64,000 nt of DNA, taken from assembly GCA_017621635.1 (NCBI GenBank), contig JAGASU010000107.1:239-64238 (forward strand). Reading direction: 5' to 3'. A program made the translations under genes and the position numbers. The notes beneath the pieces were generated by a model. The model saw only the letters and a program-made list of their open reading frames with translations, ran no database searches and was not told the origin of the DNA. Positions 36,078-44,815 of this stretch are shown one piece after another; the stretch's first letter is position 1, and the number at the start of each line of letters is the position of its first letter. This stretch comes from Alphaproteobacteria bacterium. Its GTDB lineage: Bacteria > Pseudomonadota > Alphaproteobacteria > RF32 > CAG-239.

Positions 36078-37155
36078 TTTGCGTGCTTTCAATAATACCA
36101 CCGCCGAGGACATAATCGTTTTCATCATAAAAGACGACGGATTGGCCGGCGGCAACGGCTTTTTGCTTTTCAAAAAAGCGTATGGTTGCGGTTTCCCTGT
36201 CATTTGGCGTATAAATCGCGGGGATTGGCGTTTGCGATGAACGAAGCTTGATTAAGATTTCTTTTTGGGTTTCAAACGGGGGAACGGAAAGCCAAGTCAA
36301 ATCTTTGGCTGTCAGCGCTGATTTCATCCCGTCTTCGGCATAGCCCAAAACGACCTCGTTGTTTTCTTTATTTAAGCCGATGACATATAGCGGACGGTCG
36401 GCACTAATGCCTAGACCTCGGCGCTGGCCTATCGTAAAATTCCAAATTCCCTGATGTTTGCCTAGGATTTTACCGTTTTTATCGACAAAATTGCCCATTT
36501 GGGGCGGTGTTTCTAAAATATCGTTAATATCGCCGGTATAAAAATCCTGACTATCGGGTTTATCGCTTACTTCAAGGCCGTATTTGCGGGCAATGTCGCG
36601 CACTTGTTCTTTGGTGTATTCGCCGAGCGGAAGGAGAATTTTTGCAAGTTGCTCTTGTTGCAGGCGATAAATAAAGTAGGATTGATCTTTTTTGCCGTCT
36701 GCTGCCCGTTGCAACTGGTAGCGATTTAAGGTGTTGTTATAAGACAAGCGGGCGTAGTGTCCGGTAGCGAATTTATCAAACTCTATACCCTGTTCTTTAG
36801 CGGAACGGGGCAACGCCTCGAACTTTATGGTTGCGTTACACATCACGCACGGATTTGGTGTGCGTCCGGCAAGATATTCTTGTTTAAAATTATCAAGCAC
36901 CATTTTTTGATATTGTTTGGTGCAATCTATCACATGATATTCGATGCCTAATTTATCACAGATTGCGCGGGCGGCTTTAATGTCTTGTTCTTCATGAGGG
37001 GAGAAACAGGCGTCTTTTTGCGCGGTGATATTAAAATGTTTTTCTTTATCCCAAATTGACATGGTGGCGCCGATGACCTCATGCCCCATATCTTTTAAGA
37101 TACAAGCGGCTACGGAAGAATCTACCCCGCCGCTCATTCCTACGAGTATTTTCAT
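36064..37155 (-). CDS. mnmA: tRNA-specific 2-thiouridylase MnmA
   Basis: PP-loop MSGGVDSSVAA, CFSPHEE and NPCVMCN motifs. Confidence 0.92.
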   Translation of the reverse strand: MKILVGMSGGVDSSVAACILKDMGHEVIGATMSIWDKEKHFNITAQKDACFSPHEEQDIKAARAICDKLGIEYHVIDCTKQYQKMVLDNFKQEYLAGRTPNPCVMCNATIKFEALPRSAKEQGIEFDKFATGHYARLSYNNTLNRYQLQRAADGKKDQSYFIYRLQQEQLAKILLPLGEYTKEQVRDIARKYGLEVSDKPDSQDFYTGDINDILETPPQMGNFVDKNGKILGKHQGIWNFTIGQRRGLGISADRPLYVIGLNKENNEVVLGYAEDGMKSALTAKDLTWLSVPPFETQKEILIKLRSSQTPIPAIYTPNDRETATIRFFEKQKAVAAGQSVVFYDENDYVLGGGIIESTQNVSD

Positions 37156-37286
37156 TTTTGTCCTTTTTTAGTGAAAATGTGTTTTAATCTTCACCAAAGA
37201 AACATAAAAATTCAAAGTTTTTACTTTCTTTGATAAATGATACTATAAAGGCGTTTTTCGGTGAGCGCAAGATTTTTTTATATGGC

Positions 37287-38072
37287 TTAGCGGGTTGGAG
37301 TGATTTTTGACATTAATTTCGCAAATAAGGCACTTCTTAAGGCTTCGCCTGCTTCCAGTTTTTGAATAATATCTTCGGCGTGTTCGTCTTTTTTATTAAG
37401 CATTATTAATACTTCGCGCAGGCTTTGAGCGCTATCTTCAACATGCAGCCCCGAGGCAACGGCTATCCCGTTGCCCTGTTGCTGTATCACTACCGCGGGA
37501 AGTTTTTGGCCATTAAGCTCATATTCGGCTAAAACCTGCAAGGGGCTGCCCAAAGCCGGTTTAAAGTACGGACCGCCGTGATAACAGGCGATATGCGTTT
37601 CTTTATCTGCAAGCCAGCGTACTTTTACGGGGGCTATTGATTGAAAATCTCTGGTATACGGGCTGATGTTTAATTCTTTATACAATGTTCCGATGGCGTC
37701 GGCATCTATTAAATTAAGCCCGCATTCCTGAATAATACATAAGTCTTTGACATCGGTTTCAAAAGAGACTTTGCGGCTGGCATAATAAGCGCCGGCACAG
37801 ATTCCAAAATAGATACCGCCGTTTTTGACATAAGAGGTGATTTTTTCGTTACCCTGCTTTTTTAACTTTTCCAGATACGGAGTCGCCCTTCCGCCCGGCA
37901 TAAAAAAAGCCAAGATGTTTTCGTCTAAAATATTTTTTTTGATAATTTCGTCTGCATTTGTGGTTTTTACAGCAATGCCCTGCGGCAAAAAGTATTGCTC
38001 GAGGCTTTTTTGTAGATTTCTTATATCATTTGTACCGGTGTCTTGGTAGATTAATATTTGGTTTCGCATCAT
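37287..38072 (-). CDS. Stand-alone BPL_N-like (biotin-protein-ligase N-terminal, class-I glutamine-amidotransferase-like) domain protein
   Basis: ILIYQDTG..FFMPGGRA..GGIYFGICAGAYYA pattern. The ORF-track start at 38111 is a GTG, so ATG at 38072 is preferred. Confidence 0.55.
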   Translation of the reverse strand: MMRNQILIYQDTGTNDIRNLQKSLEQYFLPQGIAVKTTNADEIIKKNILDENILAFFMPGGRATPYLEKLKKQGNEKITSYVKNGGIYFGICAGAYYASRKVSFETDVKDLCIIQECGLNLIDADAIGTLYKELNISPYTRDFQSIAPVKVRWLADKETHIACYHGGPYFKPALGSPLQVLAEYELNGQKLPAVVIQQQGNGIAVASGLHVEDSAQSLREVLIMLNKKDEHAEDIIQKLEAGEALRSALFAKLMSKITPTR

Positions 38073-38129
38073 AGCTTCGGATACTAGCGTTTCATTTTTA
38101 AATAGCAACACTTTTTTATAAACAAAATG

Positions 38130-38158
38130 TTGACAAAAACTTTTTAAAGTGCTATATG
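38130..38158 (+). promoter_or_regulatory. Sigma70-like promoter
   Basis: TTGACA, 17 nt spacer, TATATG, about 32 nt upstream of the ATG at 38191. Confidence 0.55.
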
Positions 38159-38190
38159 TGTAGCAACTTTTAATTTATCGGAGATAGATA

Positions 38191-39681
38191 ATGCCCTCGA
38201 ATAAACAGGCGGAACTCATCAGCAGAGACCTTTTACAAAACTATGCTGCTTTACAAAGCAGTATTCCTGCACACTATTCTACGGACAGTTATTTAGGACA
38301 ATGTGCCGAATATAAAGAGCAATATTGTGCAAAATTCTTAAGAGAATATGTTTCCGGAGTTGTTGTGTTGGAAGAGGGAACTGAGGACTTAATGGAAGAT
38401 CTTCTTGTTTTCTTAAAAAGATCGCGTCATCCTGAGATTGTTGCTATTTTTCCTGAAGTTTACAAAAAATTTAAAACTTCGGTTATTGCCAAGCGCAAAC
38501 AAGAAGAAAAAAGAAAAACATTTGTCGCTACTCGGTTTAAGATTTTGGAAAATAAAAAACAAGCAGCAAAATTAAGCTCTGATGATATGATTATGATCAG
38601 CGGATTATTGCAAGATGTAACCACCTATTCTACCGTAAGATTAAAAGATAAATTACGCGGCTTTGCCGATAACAAAATAAACCTTACCTTAAAAGGCGAA
38701 ATGCCCGCTGATGAAAATTTTGACAGGCTTGTTTCTGTGTTTGGCACCTATAAGCAAAAAAAGCAACTTGAACAGTTTTATGCCCGTAACGAACGCCTTG
38801 CCGAACAAAAGCAAGAGGCAGACCTTTCCGGCAAAAAGAAAAATATGGGCTTTAGGTTTAATAAAGGCTTATTTAAAAATGCGTGGCGGTCTGTTAAACG
38901 TGTGGCCGTTGTGGCCGGAATTGCCCTGTTGGGATATATCGGGATTAAATCTGATCATGGCGTTATGAGCAATGACCGCAAACAAAATCCGGTTGAAGTG
39001 AATACTGATTTGCAAAAACAGCTTGCTGTTTCCCAGAGCAAGGTTAACAAAGCCATTGATTTTAGCAAAGCACGGGAAAATATGGAAAATCAAACTTTAA
39101 AACAAGATGTTAGCAAGCAAGACAGCGTTAAAAAAGCGGATACGCCTCATCAAGACGAGGTTAAGCATAAAGTTTCAGCACAAAAGAATATACAGACTTC
39201 TGAGGCCGAGCAGGTCCAAACAGAAACGCTTTCTCTTGAAGAGGCTTATAAAGAAAGCCATCAGGCAAGTGTTAAGCTGCATTTGGGCGAGAAAAAGTCC
39301 AAGACCTTATATAATGCCTTACATCGTTTAGAAAAAGACGGAAAAATCGGATTTGACAAAGGGACTAATTTGGACTGGTATGCTTATTCTTATACGATGT
39401 ATAAGGTTATTGCGCCGTATTCTGATGAGACCCGCTTGTTTGAAGACTTTCTTAACGGCAAACCGGTTGATAAAAGCGCTATTAATGATTTAGTTATTAA
39501 AGCCGGACGCAATGGCACGGGGGTTAAAGGTAGCGGTTCTTACAGCGCTTATGACAACGCTTCATTACAAGTGCAAAAAGATTATAAGGCCAAGCGCCAC
39601 GCGGTCAGACAAGCTAAAAAGGCCTTGAAAAAACAAAGCAATAATTTAAACAAGCTTGCCGGCGCGGCAAACGGGCGATAA
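38191..39681 (+). CDS. Hypothetical protein with one central TM helix and Lys/Gln-rich coiled regions
   Basis: GGAGA SD. TM segment VAVVAGIALLGYIGI. No recognisable family. Confidence 0.6.
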   Translation: MPSNKQAELISRDLLQNYAALQSSIPAHYSTDSYLGQCAEYKEQYCAKFLREYVSGVVVLEEGTEDLMEDLLVFLKRSRHPEIVAIFPEVYKKFKTSVIAKRKQEEKRKTFVATRFKILENKKQAAKLSSDDMIMISGLLQDVTTYSTVRLKDKLRGFADNKINLTLKGEMPADENFDRLVSVFGTYKQKKQLEQFYARNERLAEQKQEADLSGKKKNMGFRFNKGLFKNAWRSVKRVAVVAGIALLGYIGIKSDHGVMSNDRKQNPVEVNTDLQKQLAVSQSKVNKAIDFSKARENMENQTLKQDVSKQDSVKKADTPHQDEVKHKVSAQKNIQTSEAEQVQTETLSLEEAYKESHQASVKLHLGEKKSKTLYNALHRLEKDGKIGFDKGTNLDWYAYSYTMYKVIAPYSDETRLFEDFLNGKPVDKSAINDLVIKAGRNGTGVKGSGSYSAYDNASLQVQKDYKAKRHAVRQAKKALKKQSNNLNKLAGAANGR

Positions 39682-39684
39682 CCA

Positions 39685-39746
39685 CAAAAAACTCCCGCTT
39701 TGAGATGTCTAACTTTTTGGGGACAGTTTGAAGCGGGAGTTTTTTA
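39685..39746. terminator. Long-loop hairpin terminator between convergent genes
   Basis: ACTCCCGCTT (39691-39700) pairs with AAGCGGGAGT (39731-39740), flanked by A6 and T5. Confidence 0.55.
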
Positions 39747-39749
39747 TTA

Positions 39750-40280
39750 TTAAGCGTGAACTTCTCGGCTTAAATCTTTTAGTATGGTCTTGCCGAGCGG
39801 TGTTTTAATTTCTTTTTCAGCAGACTGACGAAATTCACTTAAATCAAGTGTTTTATCTTTTTTTTCATAATCAATCGACTGGGCATACATATCCAGTTTA
39901 TCCAAATCGTGCGCTAATTGTGCTTCAGGCGTTTTATTTTCTTCATATTCTTTAAATAAAAAGATAATTTCAGGGATATCTGCATCTTCGGCTATAAAAT
40001 CTATTGCTTTTTTCTCGGCCTCGGGCTTTTGAGCATAGGTTTCTTCCAAAGGTGTTATATCGCCTATCAGACTTTCCGCTATATCGTGACTAAGGCACAT
40101 TTTGATAATTTTATCAAAATCATAACTTTCTTTTATCATCGTTCTGGATAGCTGCATTGCCATCATGGCCATCTGCCAACTGTGCGCGGCAACCGTTTCG
40201 GGGTTGTTTATTTTTTTTCTCAACCAGCCGCTTCTTGGCAAGTGCTTTAATTTTTCGGTATAAAATAACAATCGTCTCAT
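39750..40280 (-). CDS. HD-domain phosphohydrolase (YfbR-like 5'-deoxynucleotidase family)
   Basis: PRSGW, AAHSWQMAMMA and SHDIAESLIGDITP. Start set at MRRLLFY (40280) with a GAGGGA SD. Confidence 0.75.
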   Translation of the reverse strand: MRRLLFYTEKLKHLPRSGWLRKKINNPETVAAHSWQMAMMAMQLSRTMIKESYDFDKIIKMCLSHDIAESLIGDITPLEETYAQKPEAEKKAIDFIAEDADIPEIIFLFKEYEENKTPEAQLAHDLDKLDMYAQSIDYEKKDKTLDLSEFRQSAEKEIKTPLGKTILKDLSREVHA

Positions 40281-40327
40281 TTTTCCCTCTTGGTTTATCA
40301 TCGTATTATTGGTATATCCGCAATTAA

Positions 40328-40582
40328 TTATTTTATCAACTGCATATCTTTTAATATTGACCACATTTCCTCTTCGGTAGGACAAGCCTTGGCATATACC
40401 ACACGATTATTTATGACGATGTGCGGCTGAAACATAATGCTGCGATATTCCATATCCCGTTCATCGGTTAAACGCCATATTTGGTAGTTTAGGCCGCTTT
40501 CTTCCATTACTTTATTAACGATGTTATAAACGTTATCATAGTCCCTATGGAGGCTATTACAGTATATTCTAATATTTATCAT
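40328..40582 (-). CDS. Thioredoxin_3-like small protein lacking the CXXC dithiol
   Basis: 84 aa. Aligns by eye with MTH895-type small thioredoxins, but has YCNSL where GCxxC is expected. Confidence 0.5.
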   Translation of the reverse strand: MINIRIYCNSLHRDYDNVYNIVNKVMEESGLNYQIWRLTDERDMEYRSIMFQPHIVINNRVVYAKACPTEEEMWSILKDMQLIK

Positions 40583-40776
40583 AAAATTTTCTCCGATTAA
40601 GTTATCACAGCAGGCAAACTTTAACGGACGAAAAACGAAATTTAAAACAAAATGCGAAAAGATATAATATGTTATATAGTTTTATATTTTTTTTCATATC
40701 AATTTAGGCATTTATGACAACGAATCGGAAAAATATTATTTTAAACTTAAACAAGGAGGCTTTCGCCCCCTTGTTT

Positions 40777-41238
40777 TTATAGTTCGTATTCGACTTGGTT
40801 ACCATTTCTATCATAAAAAGTGATAGTGGCATAACCATTGCCGGTACTTACATCTATCGTCCGGCCATCCTGATAGGTATACCTCAGGGTTTGGCGGCGA
40901 TATAAATCAAGATAGGTGACGGGTTCGGTCCCGTTTTTGACTTTCAACCGATTGTTACGGCGAGTGAATGTCAGCCCTTCTATCTTCACTTTTGACGGCC
41001 TTTCAAGCGAATCATAGATATAGCATCCGAGAAGCGCGTTGAAATAGCAGTTTTTATAATACATATACCGGTAACCTCCGTACATATACCAATCCCATGT
41101 TGAGAAATACGGACGATAGTAGTAACCGTAATACGAGGGATAATAATGGCGGTGGTGACGATAATATCCTCTTTGCGCGTAACCTTGAACTGCAAAGAGC
41201 ATCATAACGATTGTTATGATAAAAAATTTCTTTTTCAT
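40777..41238 (-). CDS. Secreted Tyr/Arg/His-rich protein
   Basis: Signal peptide, then RGYYRHHRHYYPSYYGYYYRPYFSTWDWYMYGGYRYMYY, then a beta-strand-like C-terminal part. Confidence 0.6.
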   Translation of the reverse strand: MKKKFFIITIVMMLFAVQGYAQRGYYRHHRHYYPSYYGYYYRPYFSTWDWYMYGGYRYMYYKNCYFNALLGCYIYDSLERPSKVKIEGLTFTRRNNRLKVKNGTEPVTYLDLYRRQTLRYTYQDGRTIDVSTGNGYATITFYDRNGNQVEYEL

Positions 41239-41318
41239 AATAATTTGTTTTTAATATTTTCTCTGAGGTTAGGATATCACTTTTTTGTTAACTTGTCCAG
41301 TTTTTTTAGCGGACTTTT

Positions 41319-41837
41319 TTAACATTTAATCAGGCTATATACCGAAAACGGCAAATTTGCCTGAGATGAAAGTGCTTTTAACTCTAATAAAAACAGCCCG
41401 CCCGTGACTTTTCCGCCAACCTGATCAATTAAGCCGGCAGCGGCTTTCACCGTTCCTCCGGTTGCCAAGAGGTCATCTATTAACAAAACTTTTTGCCCTC
41501 GGGCTATGGCATCTTCGTGCATTTCGAGTGCGTCTGTTCCATATTCAAGACTATATTCCTGCCGGACGACTTTGGCGGGAAGTTTCCCCGGTTTACGGAT
41601 AAGCACCAGTCCTTTGTTCATCTTATAAGCCAACGGCGCACCAAACAGATAACCACGGCTCTCTATTGCGGCGATATAATCAAACTCCAAGTTTTTTACT
41701 TTATCATACATATTATCAATAATGGCGTGAAACACCTCGGGTTTTTGAATTGCGGTTGTGATATCTTTAAACAGAATACCTTGTTTGGGAAAATTCGGAA
41801 TATTGCGAATATGGGTTAAAATTTCTTCGGGTGTCAT
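41319..41837 (-). CDS. apt: Adenine phosphoribosyltransferase
   Basis: FKDIT.., PRPP motif VLLIDDLLATGGT, 172 aa. Confidence 0.92.
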   Translation of the reverse strand: MTPEEILTHIRNIPNFPKQGILFKDITTAIQKPEVFHAIIDNMYDKVKNLEFDYIAAIESRGYLFGAPLAYKMNKGLVLIRKPGKLPAKVVRQEYSLEYGTDALEMHEDAIARGQKVLLIDDLLATGGTVKAAAGLIDQVGGKVTGGLFLLELKALSSQANLPFSVYSLIKC

Positions 41838-41940
41838 TTCTTAAGCTCCTTGTTTATATCTCTTTTATGTATATAAAATTTCAGATAAAAGTCAACGCGA
41901 AAACTTTTTTTATTTCCGTTAATAAATTTTATTTTTTGTA

Positions 41941-41969
41941 TTGACATTTAAGAATTGTTCTTTTATAAG
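41941..41969 (+). promoter_or_regulatory. Sigma70-like promoter of tRNA-Thr
   Basis: TTGACA, 17 nt spacer, TATAAG. Confidence 0.6.
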
Positions 41970-41983
41970 AGCTTTTGTTCGTT

Positions 41984-42059
41984 GCCGACATAGCTCAGTT
42001 GGTAGAGCTACTGATTTGTAATCAGTGGGTCCGCGGTTCGAGTCCGTGTGTCGGCACCA
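41984..42059 (+). tRNA. tRNA-Thr (anticodon UGU), CCA encoded
   Basis: Acceptor GCCGACA/TGTCGGC, D arm GCTC-AGTTGGTA-GAGC, anticodon stem ACTGA/TCAGT with loop TTTGTAA, T arm CGCGG-TTCGAGT-CCGTG. Confidence 0.93.
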
Positions 42060-42068
42060 TTATTGAAA

Positions 42069-42091
42069 AGCCTCCTTCGGGAGGTTTTTTT
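42069..42091 (+). terminator. Intrinsic terminator after tRNA-Thr
   Basis: CCTCC-TTCG-GGAGG followed by T7. Confidence 0.8.
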
Positions 42092-42145
42092 ATGCAAAAT
42101 TGAAACCGGCTTAAAAAGTTTTATATTGTCTTTTAGGAGGTTTTG

Positions 42146-42580
42146 ATGTTTAAAAAATGGTTGGCACTTGATGAAAAAATCCGCTTTGCGATTATGGCGT
42201 CACTGAATATGCTTTTGAGGTTTGTCATATTTTCGGGCTTGGTTTATCTTTTTTCGCAAAAGCACTATCAGTTGCTTTTGGCGCTGACGTGGTTTGTTTC
42301 TTCTTTTATTGCGTTTGGGTGCTATAAATATTTTGTGTTTTCGGCACAAGGAGAACATCTGCGGCAATACCTAAAATCTTTATTGATTTGGACGGGGAGT
42401 TACATTGTTAATGTTTTTTTGCTTAAATTTTTACTTGAAGAGCTTTTGTGGAATATTTACGCGGCGCAAGGCGTGGTGATTTTATTTCTGTTGGTTACAA
42501 ATTATTTATTATTTAAGCACTTTGCCTTTAAGCAGCACCGCAGGAGCTTTGTTGCACGAATTTATGATATTTTTGATTAA
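42146..42580 (+). CDS. GtrA-like small membrane protein
   Basis: Four TM segments, about 144 aa. ATG at 42146 lies 5 nt after AGGAGG. Confidence 0.55.
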   Translation: MFKKWLALDEKIRFAIMASLNMLLRFVIFSGLVYLFSQKHYQLLLALTWFVSSFIAFGCYKYFVFSAQGEHLRQYLKSLLIWTGSYIVNVFLLKFLLEELLWNIYAAQGVVILFLLVTNYLLFKHFAFKQHRRSFVARIYDIFD

Positions 42581-42648
42581 AAAGTATTGCAGGTTCATTT
42601 TTTTTGTGATAAAATTAGATAAAAGTAAGATTTAGATGGAGAAGTGCC

Positions 42649-43563
42649 ATGAGTGATAAAAGAGAAATGAAGTCCCCTGAAGAACGGGCTAAGGCTTTAG
42701 AAGAAGCCCTTAAAAGAATACGTCCGAAAGTTACGGAAAATAAGGGGTCTGTTCAAGATAGGCTAGGTAAAATAGCAACACAGACGATTGAAGAACCGAC
42801 TATTGCCAAAGACAAGAAAAAAGATAAGAAAAAACCGATGTCTATGGAAGATTTGGCTAAACGTTCCAATAAATTTGATGAAAAAGTTGCGGACGCTAAA
42901 AAGAAAGGCGTTGAATTGTCTAAACCTTCCAAGGATAAAGAGTCTGGGAAAGACAAAGACAAAGATAAAGATAAGGAAAAAGATAAAAGCAAAGAAATGA
43001 CACCGGAAAAACAAGAAGCTAAGATGAAAGAAATGTTCTCTAAAATCAAGCTTCCGAGCGGTATGGAAATCCACCAAGAAGGTCCGCAGTGGGTTTTGGT
43101 TGCCAAAGATGGCAAGCAGCGTACCGATGTTACCGATGTTATGAACACGATTGACAAGTTTAACCGCAATATTGATACGGCTAATGAAGCAAATCGGGTA
43201 CAAAATGCGGCGCAGGGTAAAGCTGACAACGTAGCAAACAATGTTGCAAACGATGCGAGCCGGTCAGATATAATGAAAGACAGCGGTTTTAAGGTTAATG
43301 CTACCAATGATAAAGCGATGATGGTTGGTGAAGCTTTGCCCAAAGTCAAGGATGTTAACGGCAATCAGGTTTTCAAACCGGAAGATATTAAAACCGTGGC
43401 TGAAAAAGCCGTCAGCTTCTCCGATGAGAAAGCCAAGCTTGAGAAGCTTAAAGACCCGAAAGCTTTGGAAGAAATGCGTAAACGCGAAAAACGCAATGAA
43501 AAAGAAGCTGACAGACAAGCTTTGCTTGCCCGTTCACAAGAACAAAGCAGAGGCGGCAGATAA
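42649..43563 (+). CDS. Hypothetical Lys/Glu/Asp-rich protein with a (KD)n tract
   Basis: GGAGAAG SD. Low-complexity stretch KDKESGKDKDKDKDKEKDKSKE. Confidence 0.6.
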   Translation: MSDKREMKSPEERAKALEEALKRIRPKVTENKGSVQDRLGKIATQTIEEPTIAKDKKKDKKKPMSMEDLAKRSNKFDEKVADAKKKGVELSKPSKDKESGKDKDKDKDKEKDKSKEMTPEKQEAKMKEMFSKIKLPSGMEIHQEGPQWVLVAKDGKQRTDVTDVMNTIDKFNRNIDTANEANRVQNAAQGKADNVANNVANDASRSDIMKDSGFKVNATNDKAMMVGEALPKVKDVNGNQVFKPEDIKTVAEKAVSFSDEKAKLEKLKDPKALEEMRKREKRNEKEADRQALLARSQEQSRGGR

Positions 43564-43579
43564 TTTACGCTGTAAGGTA

Positions 43580-43609
43580 AAACCTCGGAAAATATCCGAG
43601 GTTTTTTTA
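43580..43609 (+). terminator. Intrinsic terminator
   Basis: ACCTCGG-AAAATAT-CCGAGGT followed by T7. Confidence 0.8.
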
Positions 43610-43626
43610 TGATTATTTTATAAAAA

Positions 43627-43777
43627 GGTTCTATTAAACAATTTTGTTGAAATACAATTTAATTTATAATTTGTGTGCTTCGCACGAGTTATGGATTGCT
43701 TCGGTTATTGCCTTACGGCTTACCTCGCAATGACTCGGGCTGTGTCTGTTTTTCAACAATTTTTTTTAACCAAGCTT
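43627..43777. mobile_element. MITE-like element (copy B)
   Basis: Left TIR ATTAAACAATTTTGTTGAAA at 43633-43652, internal REP unit GTTATGGATTGC..GCC-TTAC-GGC..CTCGCAATGACTC, and a degenerate right TIR. Confidence 0.75.
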
Positions 43778-43805
43778 AAAAAAAAAGACCGGTATGAACC
43801 GGTCT
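43778..43805 (-). terminator. Intrinsic terminator of 43842..44324
   Basis: AGACCGGT-ATGA-ACCGGTCT with a U9 run in minus sense. Confidence 0.8.
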
Positions 43806-43841
43806 TGTTGTGTTTTCGTTTAAGGTTGTCAGATTGGCGCA

Positions 43842-44324
43842 TCAGATGTATGGTATCTCGTCAACAGCGACAAGAGCTTTTATCTCGACATCATTTTGAT
43901 AACCGAAGCCCTGAAGCTTGGCTAAAGAATGTGCCAGAAGACAGAAGACATTTACCGTACAGCCCATGGCCTTAATCTCATCAATCTGCTCCTGCAGTTC
44001 TTTTCCGGTGCGGAAAGACTGCTTTAAGAGCATAATACTTGTCGGACGCGACCTCAGTCTTTTGAGGTTTTTCACATCGCCGGTCACCAGCGTTTTTACC
44101 TGAAGGGTTAAGGCAAGCTCATTAATCAGCCGGCTTAAATACGTGTTATCACGCCGAAACGCCGGAATGAGAACGCAGGCATCCTTTTCCTGAACTTCCT
44201 TGACTACTGCTTTGATGGCTTGTTCCCGAAAATTCTTGTCTGCTGCCAAACCTTTCAAATCAATCTCGATTTGACCTCTTTCATTTCTTCCTGCATAAGA
44301 GGAGACGATTCCTTTAATGTCCAT
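43842..44324 (-). CDS. Hypothetical protein, possibly a degenerate phosphoribosyltransferase-like fold
   Basis: SIMLLKQSFRTGKEL sits where PRTases have VLLVDDVxTTGxT; the acidic pair is missing. Weak call. Confidence 0.5.
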   Translation of the reverse strand: MDIKGIVSSYAGRNERGQIEIDLKGLAADKNFREQAIKAVVKEVQEKDACVLIPAFRRDNTYLSRLINELALTLQVKTLVTGDVKNLKRLRSRPTSIMLLKQSFRTGKELQEQIDEIKAMGCTVNVFCLLAHSLAKLQGFGYQNDVEIKALVAVDEIPYI

Positions 44325-44768
44325 AAAAATTTTTTTTTAATTATTAAACAAAATTATTATTAATCGGATTTAATTTGACAGAAAGTTTATTGTTTGTCAA
44401 GCCTTATTTATGAAAAAAAGCAGTATTTAAAAATTCTTCGGCACATAAAAAAACGGGCGGGGATTGGTTTATATCCCTGCCCGTTTTGGCGATTCAAAAA
44501 AGCTTCCCTGCGGGCTTTTTTTCATCTTTATAAAACATAATCCTTAGTTTACAAATTTCTTTGCACCTCGCATACACCCTGACGGCAGCTTTCACTGTTC
44601 CGGTGTAAAAATAATATTTTGGCCTGAGGACTGCCAAAACGCCATTTAATATTTTATAATTCTATATAAATAATTCTTACAAATTCGTTAACTACGAGAG
44701 CATAAATACATTTATTTGACAAGTTAAAAAATGACTTCGTACACGGCATTTTTTTAAATATCTGATTA

Positions 44769-44792
44769 TAAAAAACACCCTTTGCAGGGTGT
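44769..44792 (-). terminator. Intrinsic terminator of radC
   Basis: ACACCC-TGCAAA-GGGTGT with a U-run in minus sense. Confidence 0.75.
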
Positions 44793-44815
44793 TTGTGATC
44801 TACGGTCATCAGAAT

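Noticed and set aside
36078-36203. N-terminal 42-aa extension of the HydE-like ORF overlapping mnmA by 140 nt
   Set aside because: The internal ATG at 36077 gives the canonical HydE N-terminus and only a 14-nt overlap. The extension has no homology-like features.
43673-43975. ORFs lying in repeat elements (43673..43975, 53997..54194, 63748..63993) that share the peptide MDCFGYCLTAYLAMT
   Set aside because: The shared peptide is just the translation of the REP unit. There are no SDs, and the ORFs run through MITE termini and terminators.
44560-44612. CCGGAA..GAAAGCUGCC..GUCAGG segment, considered as SRP (4.5S) RNA domain IV
   Set aside because: The order and pairing of the motifs do not reproduce the GUCAGGUCC-GGAA-GGAAGCAGC hairpin, and no GNRA-capped helix with the symmetric loop can be drawn.
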